DNA of 64,000 nt from an uncultured Clostridia bacterium (lineage in GTDB: Bacteria > Bacillota > Clostridia > TANB77 > CAG-508): NCBI GenBank assembly GCA_947628825.1, contig CANRBH010000001.1:28853-92852 (forward strand), written 5' to 3'. The position numbers and the translations under genes are program-made. The stretch's first letter is position 1. Each line of letters starts with the position of its first letter. Shown here piece by piece: positions 10,448 to 19,665 of this stretch. The notes under the pieces were generated by a model. It did not search any database, was not told where the DNA came from, and was given only the letters and a program-made list of their open reading frames with translations.

Positions 10448-11782
10448 ATGAAGAATTATCAATTAAAAGTAATATTGGCCTTCTTCATTATTGGTAGTAT
10501 TGTTATTGTAGGGTTTGGAGTTGCTTTAGCATTACAATTTGATTTTGGCGGAAGTAGACTTATTTTAACAATAATAATAGCCTTAGCGATACTGGCATTA
10601 TTCTGTATTGCTTTGGCTATTTTTACAGTAAAGAAAATAATAGAGCCAATGTCTAGAATGTTGAAAGGGTCTGTTTTATATACAGATATTGACACAAGTA
10701 AGAAAAGTGATAGTGAAATTCAAAACTTAGTTTCTGAATTAAAAAAGAGTTTAATGGAAGCAAATAGTCAAAAAAGACAGACAGATACTATACTTAAACA
10801 CATGACTGATGGAGTTATAGCATTTGATATGAAAGGAAAAGTTACATATATAAACCCAGCTGCTATTCAAATGTTAAAACTTAAAGATTCTGATAAAACT
10901 TTTGAAAAGATTTTTTCTAAATATGAAAATATCAATATGGAAAAAATTATATACTTGGAAAATTGGACATCTTCAGAAATGAAAATAGAAAATGATGATG
11001 TTTCAATGAACTTATTTTTTGTTCCATTTAAAGACGAAATAAATAGACCAACTGGAGTTATGGTAGTAATCCAAGATATTACAGAGCATGTTAAACTAGA
11101 TGATATGAGAAAAGAATTTGTAGCAGATGTTTCACATGAACTAAAAACACCACTAACATCTATTAAAGGATTTTCAGAAACACTACTAGAGGGCGATTGT
11201 GACAAGGAAACAGAAATGCATTTTTTGGGTATAATAAATGATAATGCAGATAGAATGGAAAAACTAGTTCAAGATTTACTTATTCTATCAAGATATGACA
11301 ACAAGAGAGATGAAAGCAGAATAACAGAATTTGACTTAGGTGAGCTTGCTAAAAAATGTAGTGAAAAGTTTGAAATCGAAGTCAAGAAAAGAAACCAAGA
11401 TATGGAGTGTTTTGTTACAGCAGATGTTCCACCAGTTCAAGCAGATAAAGATGGAATAGAAAGAGTTATAATAAATATAATTAGTAATAGCGTAAAATAC
11501 ACTCCAGATGGTGGAAGAATATCTATTTATGTTGGGTATGTTCATAATGATGCATATATAAAAATTAAAGATAGTGGAATAGGAATTCCTAAAGAAGATA
11601 TTGATAAGATTTTTGAAAGATTTTATAGAGTTGATAAAGCAAGGTCAAGAAAGCTTGGAGGCACAGGGTTAGGACTTTCTATTGCAAAAGAAATAATTGA
11701 ACAAAATAATGGAAATATAGATATAAAAAGTACATTAGGAAAAGGTACAGAGGTGGTAATTAGAATTCCAGTCAAGAAATAA
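10448..11782 (+). CDS. sensor histidine kinase (2 TM helices, PAS, HisKA, HATPase_c).
   Basis: Two N-terminal TM helices with a minimal extracellular loop; PAS-like (HMTDGVIAFDMKGKVTYINPAA); H-box (SHELKTPLTSIKGF); N and G boxes (GGTGLGLSIAKEI). Confidence 0.85.
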   Translation: MKNYQLKVILAFFIIGSIVIVGFGVALALQFDFGGSRLILTIIIALAILALFCIALAIFTVKKIIEPMSRMLKGSVLYTDIDTSKKSDSEIQNLVSELKKSLMEANSQKRQTDTILKHMTDGVIAFDMKGKVTYINPAAIQMLKLKDSDKTFEKIFSKYENINMEKIIYLENWTSSEMKIENDDVSMNLFFVPFKDEINRPTGVMVVIQDITEHVKLDDMRKEFVADVSHELKTPLTSIKGFSETLLEGDCDKETEMHFLGIINDNADRMEKLVQDLLILSRYDNKRDESRITEFDLGELAKKCSEKFEIEVKKRNQDMECFVTADVPPVQADKDGIERVIINIISNSVKYTPDGGRISIYVGYVHNDAYIKIKDSGIGIPKEDIDKIFERFYRVDKARSRKLGGTGLGLSIAKEIIEQNNGNIDIKSTLGKGTEVVIRIPVKK

Positions 11783-11869
11783 AATAGACTTAAAATTAAT
11801 CGCATAAAGGATAACTATAGGAAAAAAGAAAATACATAAAAGTTAAGCTATAGGAAAAGGAGACACATA

Positions 11870-12559
11870 ATGAAAAATGAAGAAAATATAGATAATGATG
11901 TAGAGAAAAAAATCTCTGATAAAGAAAATAAAACAAAAAGTATACTTAAAGAAATATTTGAATGGGTATATTGTATAGTTATTGCTGTTGTAATAGCAGT
12001 ATTAATTAAATATTATGTTGGAACACCAACAGTTGTTAATATGAGTTCAATGTATCCAACTTTAGTAGAAAATGATAGGTTGATTTTGAATAGAATTGAT
12101 AAAACTGCTAAAAGAATGCCAGAAAGAGGAGATATAATTACATTTGAACAACCATCAGGAAACGCTGGAGATGTTGACCTAGAAAATCCAGTTGCAAAAT
12201 ATGAATATGAGCCAGAAGGTTGGTGGAATAGATTTGTTTATTACGTATTAGAGTTTGGAAAAGTTAGCTATATAAAAAGAGTCATTGGATTACCAGGGGA
12301 GCATGTTGAGCTAAAAGATGACAAAGTATATATAGATGGAAAGCCTCTAGAAGAAGACTACTTAAATCCAGATGTAAAGACACCAATAAGTGGACCATAT
12401 TATGATTTTGTTGTACCAGAGAACTGTGTTTTTGCAATGGGAGACAATAGAACTAACTCAACAGATTGTAGAGAATTTGGATGTATTCCTTTAGAAAAAA
12501 TAGAAGGTAAAGTATTATTGAGATTTTTCCCATTTAATAAATTTGGTAATGTGGAATAG
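11870..12559 (+). CDS. sipS: signal peptidase I (S26).
   Basis: TM anchor, SMYPTL (Ser box) and KRVIGLPGE / GDNRTNSTDCREFG (boxes D/E). Confidence 0.8.
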   Translation: MKNEENIDNDVEKKISDKENKTKSILKEIFEWVYCIVIAVVIAVLIKYYVGTPTVVNMSSMYPTLVENDRLILNRIDKTAKRMPERGDIITFEQPSGNAGDVDLENPVAKYEYEPEGWWNRFVYYVLEFGKVSYIKRVIGLPGEHVELKDDKVYIDGKPLEEDYLNPDVKTPISGPYYDFVVPENCVFAMGDNRTNSTDCREFGCIPLEKIEGKVLLRFFPFNKFGNVE

Positions 12560-12568
12560 GAGAAAAAA

Positions 12569-13432
12569 TTGTTCGAAAAAATAATAGGAAATAATAAAGT
12601 AAAAGAATATTTAGAAACATCTATAAAAAACAAAAACATTTCTCATAGTTATATGTTTGTAGGAAAATCAGGTATAGGAAAAAAGCTTTATGCAAGAGAA
12701 TATGCCAAGAAAATAATGTGCTTAAATGGTGGAAATTGCACAAATAATGAATGTGAATCTTGCATAAAATTTGAAGCAAATTCAAATCCGGATTATGTCG
12801 AAATTTTACCAGATGGAAAAAATTTAAAAATAGAACAAACAAGAAAGATGCAAGAAAAGATTGCTGAAAAACCTATTGTTTCTAATAAGAAGGTATATGT
12901 CATAGATGATAGTGATTTAATGACTGAAGAAAGTCAAAATTGTTTATTAAAAACATTAGAAGAACCTCCTGAATATGCAGTCATAATACTTATAGTATCT
13001 AATGAGAGTAAGCTTTTAGCTACAATAAAATCAAGATGTGTAATTGTTAAATTTGACAAACTGTCTGATGAAGAGATAAAAAAAATTATGCCAAATTTAG
13101 ATGATAGTGTTATCAAATTATTAGAAGGAAGCTTAGCAAATTCCGAAAATATTGAAAATAAAAAAGAACAATATGAAGAACTAAAAAAAATTACTGATAT
13201 ATTAGAAAAAGGAACTTTAACACAATTATTTACTCAATCGGATTTACTTTATACCAGTAAAGATGATATAATAAGTTTATTAGAATATTTAAATATAATA
13301 TTTTTTGACAAAAGGTGGACAGATTGCATAGAAATAGTAGAAAAAACAAAAAGAAAAATATTAGCAAATAACAATTATGACATGTGTATAGATTATTTAC
13401 TAATAAATATATGGGAAATTGTTAATAATTGA
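12569..13432 (+). CDS. holB: DNA polymerase III delta-prime subunit (TTG start).
   Basis: MFVGKSGIGKK Walker-like motif, a CxxC zinc module (CTNNECESC), and the holB-yaaT synteny. Confidence 0.8.
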   Translation: MFEKIIGNNKVKEYLETSIKNKNISHSYMFVGKSGIGKKLYAREYAKKIMCLNGGNCTNNECESCIKFEANSNPDYVEILPDGKNLKIEQTRKMQEKIAEKPIVSNKKVYVIDDSDLMTEESQNCLLKTLEEPPEYAVIILIVSNESKLLATIKSRCVIVKFDKLSDEEIKKIMPNLDDSVIKLLEGSLANSENIENKKEQYEELKKITDILEKGTLTQLFTQSDLLYTSKDDIISLLEYLNIIFFDKRWTDCIEIVEKTKRKILANNNYDMCIDYLLINIWEIVNN

Positions 13433-13504
13433 ATAAAGTTATTTTCTCATGCATAAGCAATAATTTATTTAGAAAGGAGTTCGTATAGTAGTACGAAATA
13501 ATAG

Positions 13505-14431
13505 ATGAATATAATAGGAGTTAGATTAAAAAAGCCGGGAAAGATATACTTCTTTGATACAAATGGAATAGAACTTAAAATAGGAGATAGTGTAATTATC
13601 GAAACATCTATGGGAAAAGAACTTGGTGTAGTTGCAACTACTAACAGACAAGTAGATGAAAAAAATAAAAGTGATTCGTTAAAAAAGATTATAAGAAAAG
13701 CATCACGCGATGATATCAAACATCAAGAAGAAAATAACAAAAAAGAAAAAGAAGCATTTGAAACTTGCAAGAAAAAAATTAAAGAACACAATTTAGAAAT
13801 GGACTTAGTTGAAGCAAGATATTTATTTGATAATTCTAAACTCATATTTTATTTTACAGCAGAGGGAAGAATTGATTTTAGAGATTTAGTCAAAGATTTG
13901 GCTTCAATATATAAAACAAGAATAGAGTTAAGACAGATAGGAGTAAGAGACCAAATAAAAAGACTTGGAGGAAATGGAATCTGTGGTCGAGAATTATGTT
14001 GTTGCTCATTCTTAAATGATTTTGATACAGTATCAATAAAAATGGCAAAAGAACAAAATCTATCATTAAATACTGCAAAAATTACTGGAAGTTGTGGAAG
14101 ATTAATGTGTTGCTTAAAATATGAGCAAAATGTTTATGATGACAAAATGAAAAAATTGCCACATCCAGGAGCAATAGTAAAGACAGAAGAAGGTGAAGGT
14201 GTAGTTGATAGTGTAGAGGTTTTAAGAGAATTGCTAAGAGTAAAATTCAAAGATGAAGATGGAAGCAACTATTTTAAAAAGTTCAATGCAAATGAAGTAA
14301 CAATTATTAAAGATAATAAGAAAGAAGAAAAACTTGATGAGCAAATAGATTCAGAAGAGCTAAAAGAATTAGAAAAAATGGAAGAAATGGATAAATACGA
14401 TAAAAATAATACATCAGATGATGAAATCTAA
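13505..14431 (+). CDS. ricT: PSP1-domain protein RicT/YaaT.
   Basis: MNIIGVRLKKPGKIYFFD N-terminus, conserved Cys clusters (CGRELCCCSF, GSCGRLMCCLKYE), and a position immediately after holB as in Bacillus. Confidence 0.8.
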   Translation: MNIIGVRLKKPGKIYFFDTNGIELKIGDSVIIETSMGKELGVVATTNRQVDEKNKSDSLKKIIRKASRDDIKHQEENNKKEKEAFETCKKKIKEHNLEMDLVEARYLFDNSKLIFYFTAEGRIDFRDLVKDLASIYKTRIELRQIGVRDQIKRLGGNGICGRELCCCSFLNDFDTVSIKMAKEQNLSLNTAKITGSCGRLMCCLKYEQNVYDDKMKKLPHPGAIVKTEEGEGVVDSVEVLRELLRVKFKDEDGSNYFKKFNANEVTIIKDNKKEEKLDEQIDSEELKELEKMEEMDKYDKNNTSDDEI

Positions 14432-14465
14432 TAAAATATGTAGAAATAGAAAGGTGGTGAAAGAT

Positions 14466-14636
14466 ATGGCATACAAAATTACAGACAAATGTGTACAATG
14501 TGGAGCATGTGCAGCAAATTGCCCAGTACAATGCATTTCAGAAGGAGATAGTCAATATGTAATAGATGCAGAAAAATGCGTTGAATGTGGAGCATGTGCT
14601 GGAATTTGTCCAGTTGGTGCACCAGAGAAAGCTTAA
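14466..14636 (+). CDS. fdx: 2x[4Fe-4S] clostridial-type ferredoxin (56 aa).
   Basis: Two CxxCxxCxxxCP motifs; RBS GGTGGTGA upstream of the internal Met. The upstream in-frame 14418 start has no RBS. Confidence 0.85.
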   Translation: MAYKITDKCVQCGACAANCPVQCISEGDSQYVIDAEKCVECGACAGICPVGAPEKA

Positions 14637-14755
14637 ATTATAAAATACATAAAATTATTATGCAATAATTAAATGATGTTTATACTTAAGAAAAAGTTGA
14701 AATACATATTTAATTTATTGCATTTTTTAAAATTTATATTAAAGGAGAAAAAGAA

Positions 14756-15505
14756 ATGATTGCTATTTTAGTATTTTTGTTAGTACTTGTTCTAGCTTCA
14801 ATAAAGCAAGTAAATGAATATGAAAGAGGAATATTATTCTTCTGTGGTAAATTTAGAAAATTATTATCACCAGGATGGCATATAGTATTTCCAATATTTT
14901 ATTCATTCAAAAAAGTAGATGTTAGAACAAAAACAGTAGATGTTCCAGAACAGGAAGCAATTACAAAAGATAATGTTTCAATTAAGATAAACGCAGTTTT
15001 ATATTATAAAATATTTGATGCATCAAAATCAGTCTTAGCAGTTGAAAATTTTAATTATGCAGTAAGCCAATTAGCTCAAACAACTATGAGAAATATTGTT
15101 GGATCTGTATCTTTAGATGAACTATTATCAGAAAGAGATAAATTAAGTTCAGAAATTTGTAAAATAGTTGATGAAGCAACAGATCCTTGGGGAATAAAAG
15201 TAGAAAATGTTGAACTAAAAGATGTTGCTCTACCAGAAGAAATGAAAAGAGTAATTGCAAAAGTAGCAGAAGCTGAAAGAGAAAAACAAGCAGTCATAAC
15301 TAAAGCTGCAGGAGAAGTTGAAGCATCAAACAATTTAGCACAAGCTGCTAAAGTTCTAGGAACAGCTCCAGGAGCATTACATTTGAGAACATTAGCAACA
15401 TTAAATGACTTAAGCAGTGACCAATCAAATACAGTAATATTTGCAGTTCCAATAGAAGGCTTAGAAGCTTTAAAAGGAATAGCAGATAGAGGAAACAGAC
15501 AATAA
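14756..15505 (+). CDS. SPFH/band-7 (stomatin/prohibitin-like) membrane protein.
   Basis: N-terminal TM helix followed by an SPFH core (EYERGILFFCGKF..., VDVRTKTVDVPEQEAITKDNVSIKINAVLYYKI). Confidence 0.75.
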   Translation: MIAILVFLLVLVLASIKQVNEYERGILFFCGKFRKLLSPGWHIVFPIFYSFKKVDVRTKTVDVPEQEAITKDNVSIKINAVLYYKIFDASKSVLAVENFNYAVSQLAQTTMRNIVGSVSLDELLSERDKLSSEICKIVDEATDPWGIKVENVELKDVALPEEMKRVIAKVAEAEREKQAVITKAAGEVEASNNLAQAAKVLGTAPGALHLRTLATLNDLSSDQSNTVIFAVPIEGLEALKGIADRGNRQ

Positions 15506-15588
15506 TAAATATAAAAATAGTAGTATAATGTTTACTGCTATTTTTATTGTTATATATGTTTTGAAGAAAAAATTGAGGAGAAAATTAT

Positions 15589-15975
15589 ATGAAAAAAGAA
15601 AAATCTTGCGGATGTATTGTTTTTGATAATGATAAAATATTACTTATAAAAGACACTAATGGAAACTGGGGATTTCCAAAAGGTCATGTAGAGGAAAATG
15701 AAACAGAAGAACAAACAGCTATAAGAGAGACTAAAGAAGAAACAAATATAGATGTTGAAATTGATGTAAGTAAGAGATATGTAAATCATTACATAACTGA
15801 TACAGAAATAGACAAAACCGTTGTATTATTTAAAGCAAAAAAACTTGGAGGAAAAGAAATACCTCAAGAAGGCGAAGTTAACAAAATTACATGGGTAAAA
15901 GCAAAAGATGCATTTGATATATTAACATTTGATAATACTAAAGAGTTATTAAAAAAAGCATTAGAAGAAAAATAA
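15589..15975 (+). CDS. NUDIX hydrolase.
   Basis: Nudix box GFPKGHVEENETEEQTAIRETKEETN. Confidence 0.75.
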   Translation: MKKEKSCGCIVFDNDKILLIKDTNGNWGFPKGHVEENETEEQTAIRETKEETNIDVEIDVSKRYVNHYITDTEIDKTVVLFKAKKLGGKEIPQEGEVNKITWVKAKDAFDILTFDNTKELLKKALEEK

Positions 15976-16108
15976 GAATTATTAAAACAATAGCATATTT
16001 AAAATATGCATAATCCTCTAAAGTAACTTATACATTGACACAAAGAGATTTCTATTGTAAAATTATTGCATAATAATAAATAATTTTTTTAATAAAGGGA
16101 TAAATAAA

Positions 16109-16459
16109 ATGGCACTAACAAAAATGGAAATAATAACGGTATCATTAACAATATCAGCGGTAATTGTTTTGATATGGAATATTTTAAAGTATTTCTATAG
16201 AAGAATGATTTTTAATAAACGATTAAAAAGATCTAAATATATAAAACAATTGTTAGATGATAAAAAAATTACATTAACGTTAATTGATATGAAGGAAGAA
16301 AAAAATAGATTAAAAGAAGCAAAAAATCATTCTGGAATAATAGTTGATGGAGTACTATATAATGACAAAAATGCTTACTTTATAAAACAAGATGAATTGA
16401 TTTATATAATAGGAAAAAAAGAAGAATTTATAATTGCTATTCACGCAAGGAGGAATTGA
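16109..16459 (+). CDS. hypothetical small membrane-anchored protein.
   Basis: ORF with a single N-terminal TM helix; no recognisable domain. Confidence 0.4.
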   Translation: MALTKMEIITVSLTISAVIVLIWNILKYFYRRMIFNKRLKRSKYIKQLLDDKKITLTLIDMKEEKNRLKEAKNHSGIIVDGVLYNDKNAYFIKQDELIYIIGKKEEFIIAIHARRN

Positions 16460-16460
16460 T

Positions 16461-17036
16461 ATGAAGGAAGACAATGGTCCAATTTATGATAAGAAATTAA
16501 GAGGTAGAGAAGATATCAAAGATGAAAATGCCAAATCAAAAAAAGAAGAAAAAATGATAAAAGAAAAGAAGACGCTTGCAGAGTCAAGTACTAATTTTGA
16601 TTTGGAGAATTTATTTAGTGAAGAAAAGTATAATAAACTAATTGATAAGCTTGATAAAATGGATGATTGGCTAAAAGAGAATAACGACTTACTAAAGGAA
16701 AATGAAAGGGCTACAAAAGAATTATTAGAAAAATATCAAAAGAAAAGTAATGAAATTTTAGAAAAATACAATAAAGAGACAAAAGCATTATTAGAAGAAT
16801 TTGATAATAGAAGAAAAGAAATAGAAGAAAAATATAAACCTAAAAACTTAGAAAAATACAAAAAAGATTTAAATAAATTGTATGAAGAAATGAAAGAAAA
16901 ATGGGTTCTTTCTGATAAAGAATATGAAGATATGAAAAAGAAGATTGAAGAGGCTGAAAGAAAAGCATTAGAAAAACGTAATAAGGAATATGAAAATAAG
17001 GCAAGTAAATTAAAAAATAAATATAACTTAGACTAA
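16461..17036 (+). CDS. hypothetical K/E-rich coiled-coil protein.
   Basis: AGGAGG RBS before the internal Met (MKEDNG); highly charged heptad-like sequence. Confidence 0.4.
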   Translation: MKEDNGPIYDKKLRGREDIKDENAKSKKEEKMIKEKKTLAESSTNFDLENLFSEEKYNKLIDKLDKMDDWLKENNDLLKENERATKELLEKYQKKSNEILEKYNKETKALLEEFDNRRKEIEEKYKPKNLEKYKKDLNKLYEEMKEKWVLSDKEYEDMKKKIEEAERKALEKRNKEYENKASKLKNKYNLD

Positions 17037-17056
17037 TATAGAAAAGGAGTAAAACT

Positions 17057-17695
17057 GTGAATAAATTTGATGTAAATTGTAATAACAGTATTAAACTTTT
17101 AGGAAGTAAGGTAATTTATATTGATCCTTATGAAGTAGTAGATGCATTACATGATGCAGACTATGTATTTTGTACACATTCTCATTATGACCACTTTTCA
17201 ATAGAAGATATAAAAAAGGTTATGAATAGTGTTACAAAAATAATTACAGTAGAAAGTTCTAAAGAAGATGCCATAAGTTTAGTAGGTGAGAAAAATGTTT
17301 TTATTGTAAAGCCAAATGAAAGTTATAAAATAGATGAATTAGAATTTTCCACAACATATGCATATAATGTGGATAAGCACTTCCATCCAAAGTCTAATGG
17401 ATGGGTTGGATTTATAATAAAATTAGATGGTGAAAAATATTTTATAGCAGGAGATACAGATAACATAGAAGAATTACAAGGCATTTCTGCTGATTATGCA
17501 TTTCTTCCTGTTGGAGGAACTTTTACAATGAATTATGAAGAAGCGGCAGATTTAGCAAATAATATAGATGCAAAAATAGTAGTTCCAACACATTATGGAA
17601 GCGTTGCAGGAAGCAAAACAGATGGACAAAGCTTTAAAAACTTAGTAAAGGATAAAGAGGTAATAGATGTATTATACATACATGATAAGATGTAA
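17057..17695 (+). CDS. MBL-fold metallo-hydrolase (GTG start).
   Basis: HSHYDHF and GDTD motifs; RBS AAAGGAG. Confidence 0.65.
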   Translation: MNKFDVNCNNSIKLLGSKVIYIDPYEVVDALHDADYVFCTHSHYDHFSIEDIKKVMNSVTKIITVESSKEDAISLVGEKNVFIVKPNESYKIDELEFSTTYAYNVDKHFHPKSNGWVGFIIKLDGEKYFIAGDTDNIEELQGISADYAFLPVGGTFTMNYEEAADLANNIDAKIVVPTHYGSVAGSKTDGQSFKNLVKDKEVIDVLYIHDKM

Positions 17696-18011
17696 AGATA
17701 ATTCTATTTATACTGGAATGACAAGTGATTTAGATAGAAGAGTAAGAGAACATATTGAAAAAGACAAAAAATGTGCCAAATACACAAATTCACACTTGGC
17801 TACTAAATTAGAAAGAGCTTGGATTTCAGAAGATAGAATTTATGCATCAAAACTGGAATATTGGATAAAAAAATTAACTAAAAAAGAAAAAGAAGATTTA
17901 ATAAAATGTCCTAGAAAATTAAACAAACTCCTAGGAGATAAAATAGATTCTCAAAAATATAAATTGATAAATTACAGATATAAAGAAAAAGTACAAATTA
18001 GCAAATTATAA
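17667..18011 (+). CDS. GIY-YIG nuclease-family protein (UPF0213-like); overlaps the MBL gene by 29 nt.
   Basis: YTYMIRCKDNSIYTGMTSDLDRRVREH matches the GIY-YIG signature; RBS AAAGAGG. Confidence 0.75.
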   Translation: MYYTYMIRCKDNSIYTGMTSDLDRRVREHIEKDKKCAKYTNSHLATKLERAWISEDRIYASKLEYWIKKLTKKEKEDLIKCPRKLNKLLGDKIDSQKYKLINYRYKEKVQISKL

Positions 18012-18111
18012 AATAAAAACAAAAAATAAAAGATATTAAAATAAGAAAAAATAAAACTAATAAAAAATATCAAAACAGGGACTAAAAAATGATAAATTTG
18101 AGGAGGAAAAG

Positions 18112-18594
18112 ATGGACAAGAAAGAAGAAGTAAAGAAAAAACTAAGTGAAGCAAAAGAAAAAGAAGGAAAATTTCTAAAAGAATTTAAGGAATTTGCACT
18201 AAGAGGAAATGTTCTTGATTTAGCTGTTGGTGTTTTAATTGGAGGTGCTTTTCAAAAACTAATTACATCACTTACAGATAATTTAATTTCTCCAATTTTA
18301 GGACTTTTTGGAGGAGTGAACTTTTCAGAATATAGCTGGAAAATTGGTAATTTAAATCTTACTTATGGAGCATTTATAACAGATGTAATTAACTTCATTA
18401 TAATGGCATTTGTAATTTTCTTGATAGTAAAGTTTATGAATAAGTTAGCTAATATAGGACATAAAAAGGAGAAAGAAGAAGTGGTAGTAACAACCAAAAT
18501 ATGTCCACATTGCTATAGTGAAATTAATATTAAAGCTGATAGATGTCCACATTGCACTTCAGAATTAGAAATTGAAGAAGAACAAAAAAAGTAA
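18112..18594 (+). CDS. mscL: large-conductance mechanosensitive channel MscL with a C-terminal zinc-ribbon extension.
   Basis: FLKEFKEFALRGNVLDLAVGVLIGGAF MscL signature, two TM helices, then CPHC...(13 aa)...CPHC. A 20-aa charged N-terminal extension precedes the canonical MscL start. Confidence 0.75.
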   Translation: MDKKEEVKKKLSEAKEKEGKFLKEFKEFALRGNVLDLAVGVLIGGAFQKLITSLTDNLISPILGLFGGVNFSEYSWKIGNLNLTYGAFITDVINFIIMAFVIFLIVKFMNKLANIGHKKEKEEVVVTTKICPHCYSEINIKADRCPHCTSELEIEEEQKK

Positions 18595-18622
18595 TAATAT
18601 AAAATAATAATAAACTTATAAA

Positions 18623-18663
18623 AAGAAGTCTAATAAGAAAACATAAATCTTATTAGGCTTCTT
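18623..18663. terminator. bidirectional rho-independent terminator between mscL(+) and the SDR gene(-).
   Basis: aagaagtctaataag ... cttattaggcttctt stem with flanking T/A runs. Confidence 0.5.
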
Positions 18664-18676
18664 TAATATTAAATGT

Positions 18677-19579
18677 TTAAACTATACTACCTCCATTTAC
18701 ATGAATAATTTGACCTGTAACATATCTAGAATCATCAGATGCTAAGTATAAGTAAGCAGGAGCAAGTTCAAAAGGTTGACCTGCACGTTTTAAAGGGACA
18801 TCAGTACCAAAAATCTCAACTTCGGATGCAGTAAAAGATGATGGAATAAGAGGTGTCCATATTGGACCGGGAGCAACTGCATTTACACGTATTTTTTTAT
18901 CTGCTAAAGAAAGTGAAAGAGATTTAGTAAAAACAGTAATGGCACCCTTAGTGGAAGAATAATCAATTAAATTCTTTTTTCCATCAAAAGCGGTTATTGA
19001 AGTTGTATTTATTATGCTGGAATTTTCTTTTAAATGAGGAAGAACAGCTTTAGTCAAATAGAAGAAAGTATAAATATTTGTTTCAAATGTATCTTTAAGT
19101 TGATTCTTAGATATATCTAAAATACTATTTTGAGGGAACTGAACACCACAGTTATTTATTAAAATATCGATTTTACCAAACTGGTTCATAGTTTTATCAA
19201 CAATGTATTTAGATAAACCTTCATCTCTTAAATCGCCCGGAAATAGTAAACATTTTCTTCCAAGACTTTCAACTATCTTTTTAGTCTCATTAGCATCTTC
19301 ATGTTCATTATAATAGCTAATAACAATATTAGCACCTTCTTTTGCAAAGAGCACACTTATAGCTCTTCCAATTCCACTATCACCACCTGAAATAATTAAG
19401 ACTTTGTCTTTTAGCTTACCACTTGGGACATAGTTTGGGTTATCAAAAATTGGAAGAGGTTTCATTTTGTATTCCATACCAGGCTGAACATTTTGATGTT
19501 GTCTAGGAAAAGTTATTGGTATTTTAGTAGTTTCAGATCTAAATCCTATGTATGGAATCTCTGGATAATTTTGACTAAT
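18677..19579 (-). CDS. SDR-family oxidoreductase of the general-stress-protein-39 (YdaD/YhdF/YghA) type; probable ATT start at 19579.
   Basis: GGDSGIGRA Rossmann motif and the NAAPGPIWTP block. The GS39-typical N-terminal block (RQHQNVQPG...) lies upstream of the first ATG (19477) in the same frame. That frame has no ATG/GTG/TTG between the stop at 19597-19595 and 19477. GGAGG lies 8 nt before the ATT at 19579. Confidence 0.7.
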   Translation of the reverse strand: MSQNYPEIPYIGFRSETTKIPITFPRQHQNVQPGMEYKMKPLPIFDNPNYVPSGKLKDKVLIISGGDSGIGRAISVLFAKEGANIVISYYNEHEDANETKKIVESLGRKCLLFPGDLRDEGLSKYIVDKTMNQFGKIDILINNCGVQFPQNSILDISKNQLKDTFETNIYTFFYLTKAVLPHLKENSSIINTTSITAFDGKKNLIDYSSTKGAITVFTKSLSLSLADKKIRVNAVAPGPIWTPLIPSSFTASEVEIFGTDVPLKRAGQPFELAPAYLYLASDDSRYVTGQIIHVNGGSIV

Positions 19580-19665
19580 TAAAATCGCCTCCTTTTATTA
19601 AATAAGTTTATTTATATCAAAATAAAAATATTCATAAATAAGGTGGAAATTTATTAGGCAACGAT

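Noticed and set aside
16109-18011. The cluster small-membrane protein / coiled-coil protein / MBL hydrolase / GIY-YIG nuclease as a candidate defence module.
   Set aside because: MBL and UPF0213 GIY-YIG proteins are common housekeeping genes in Firmicutes. There is no helicase, methylase or NTPase partner and no island signature.
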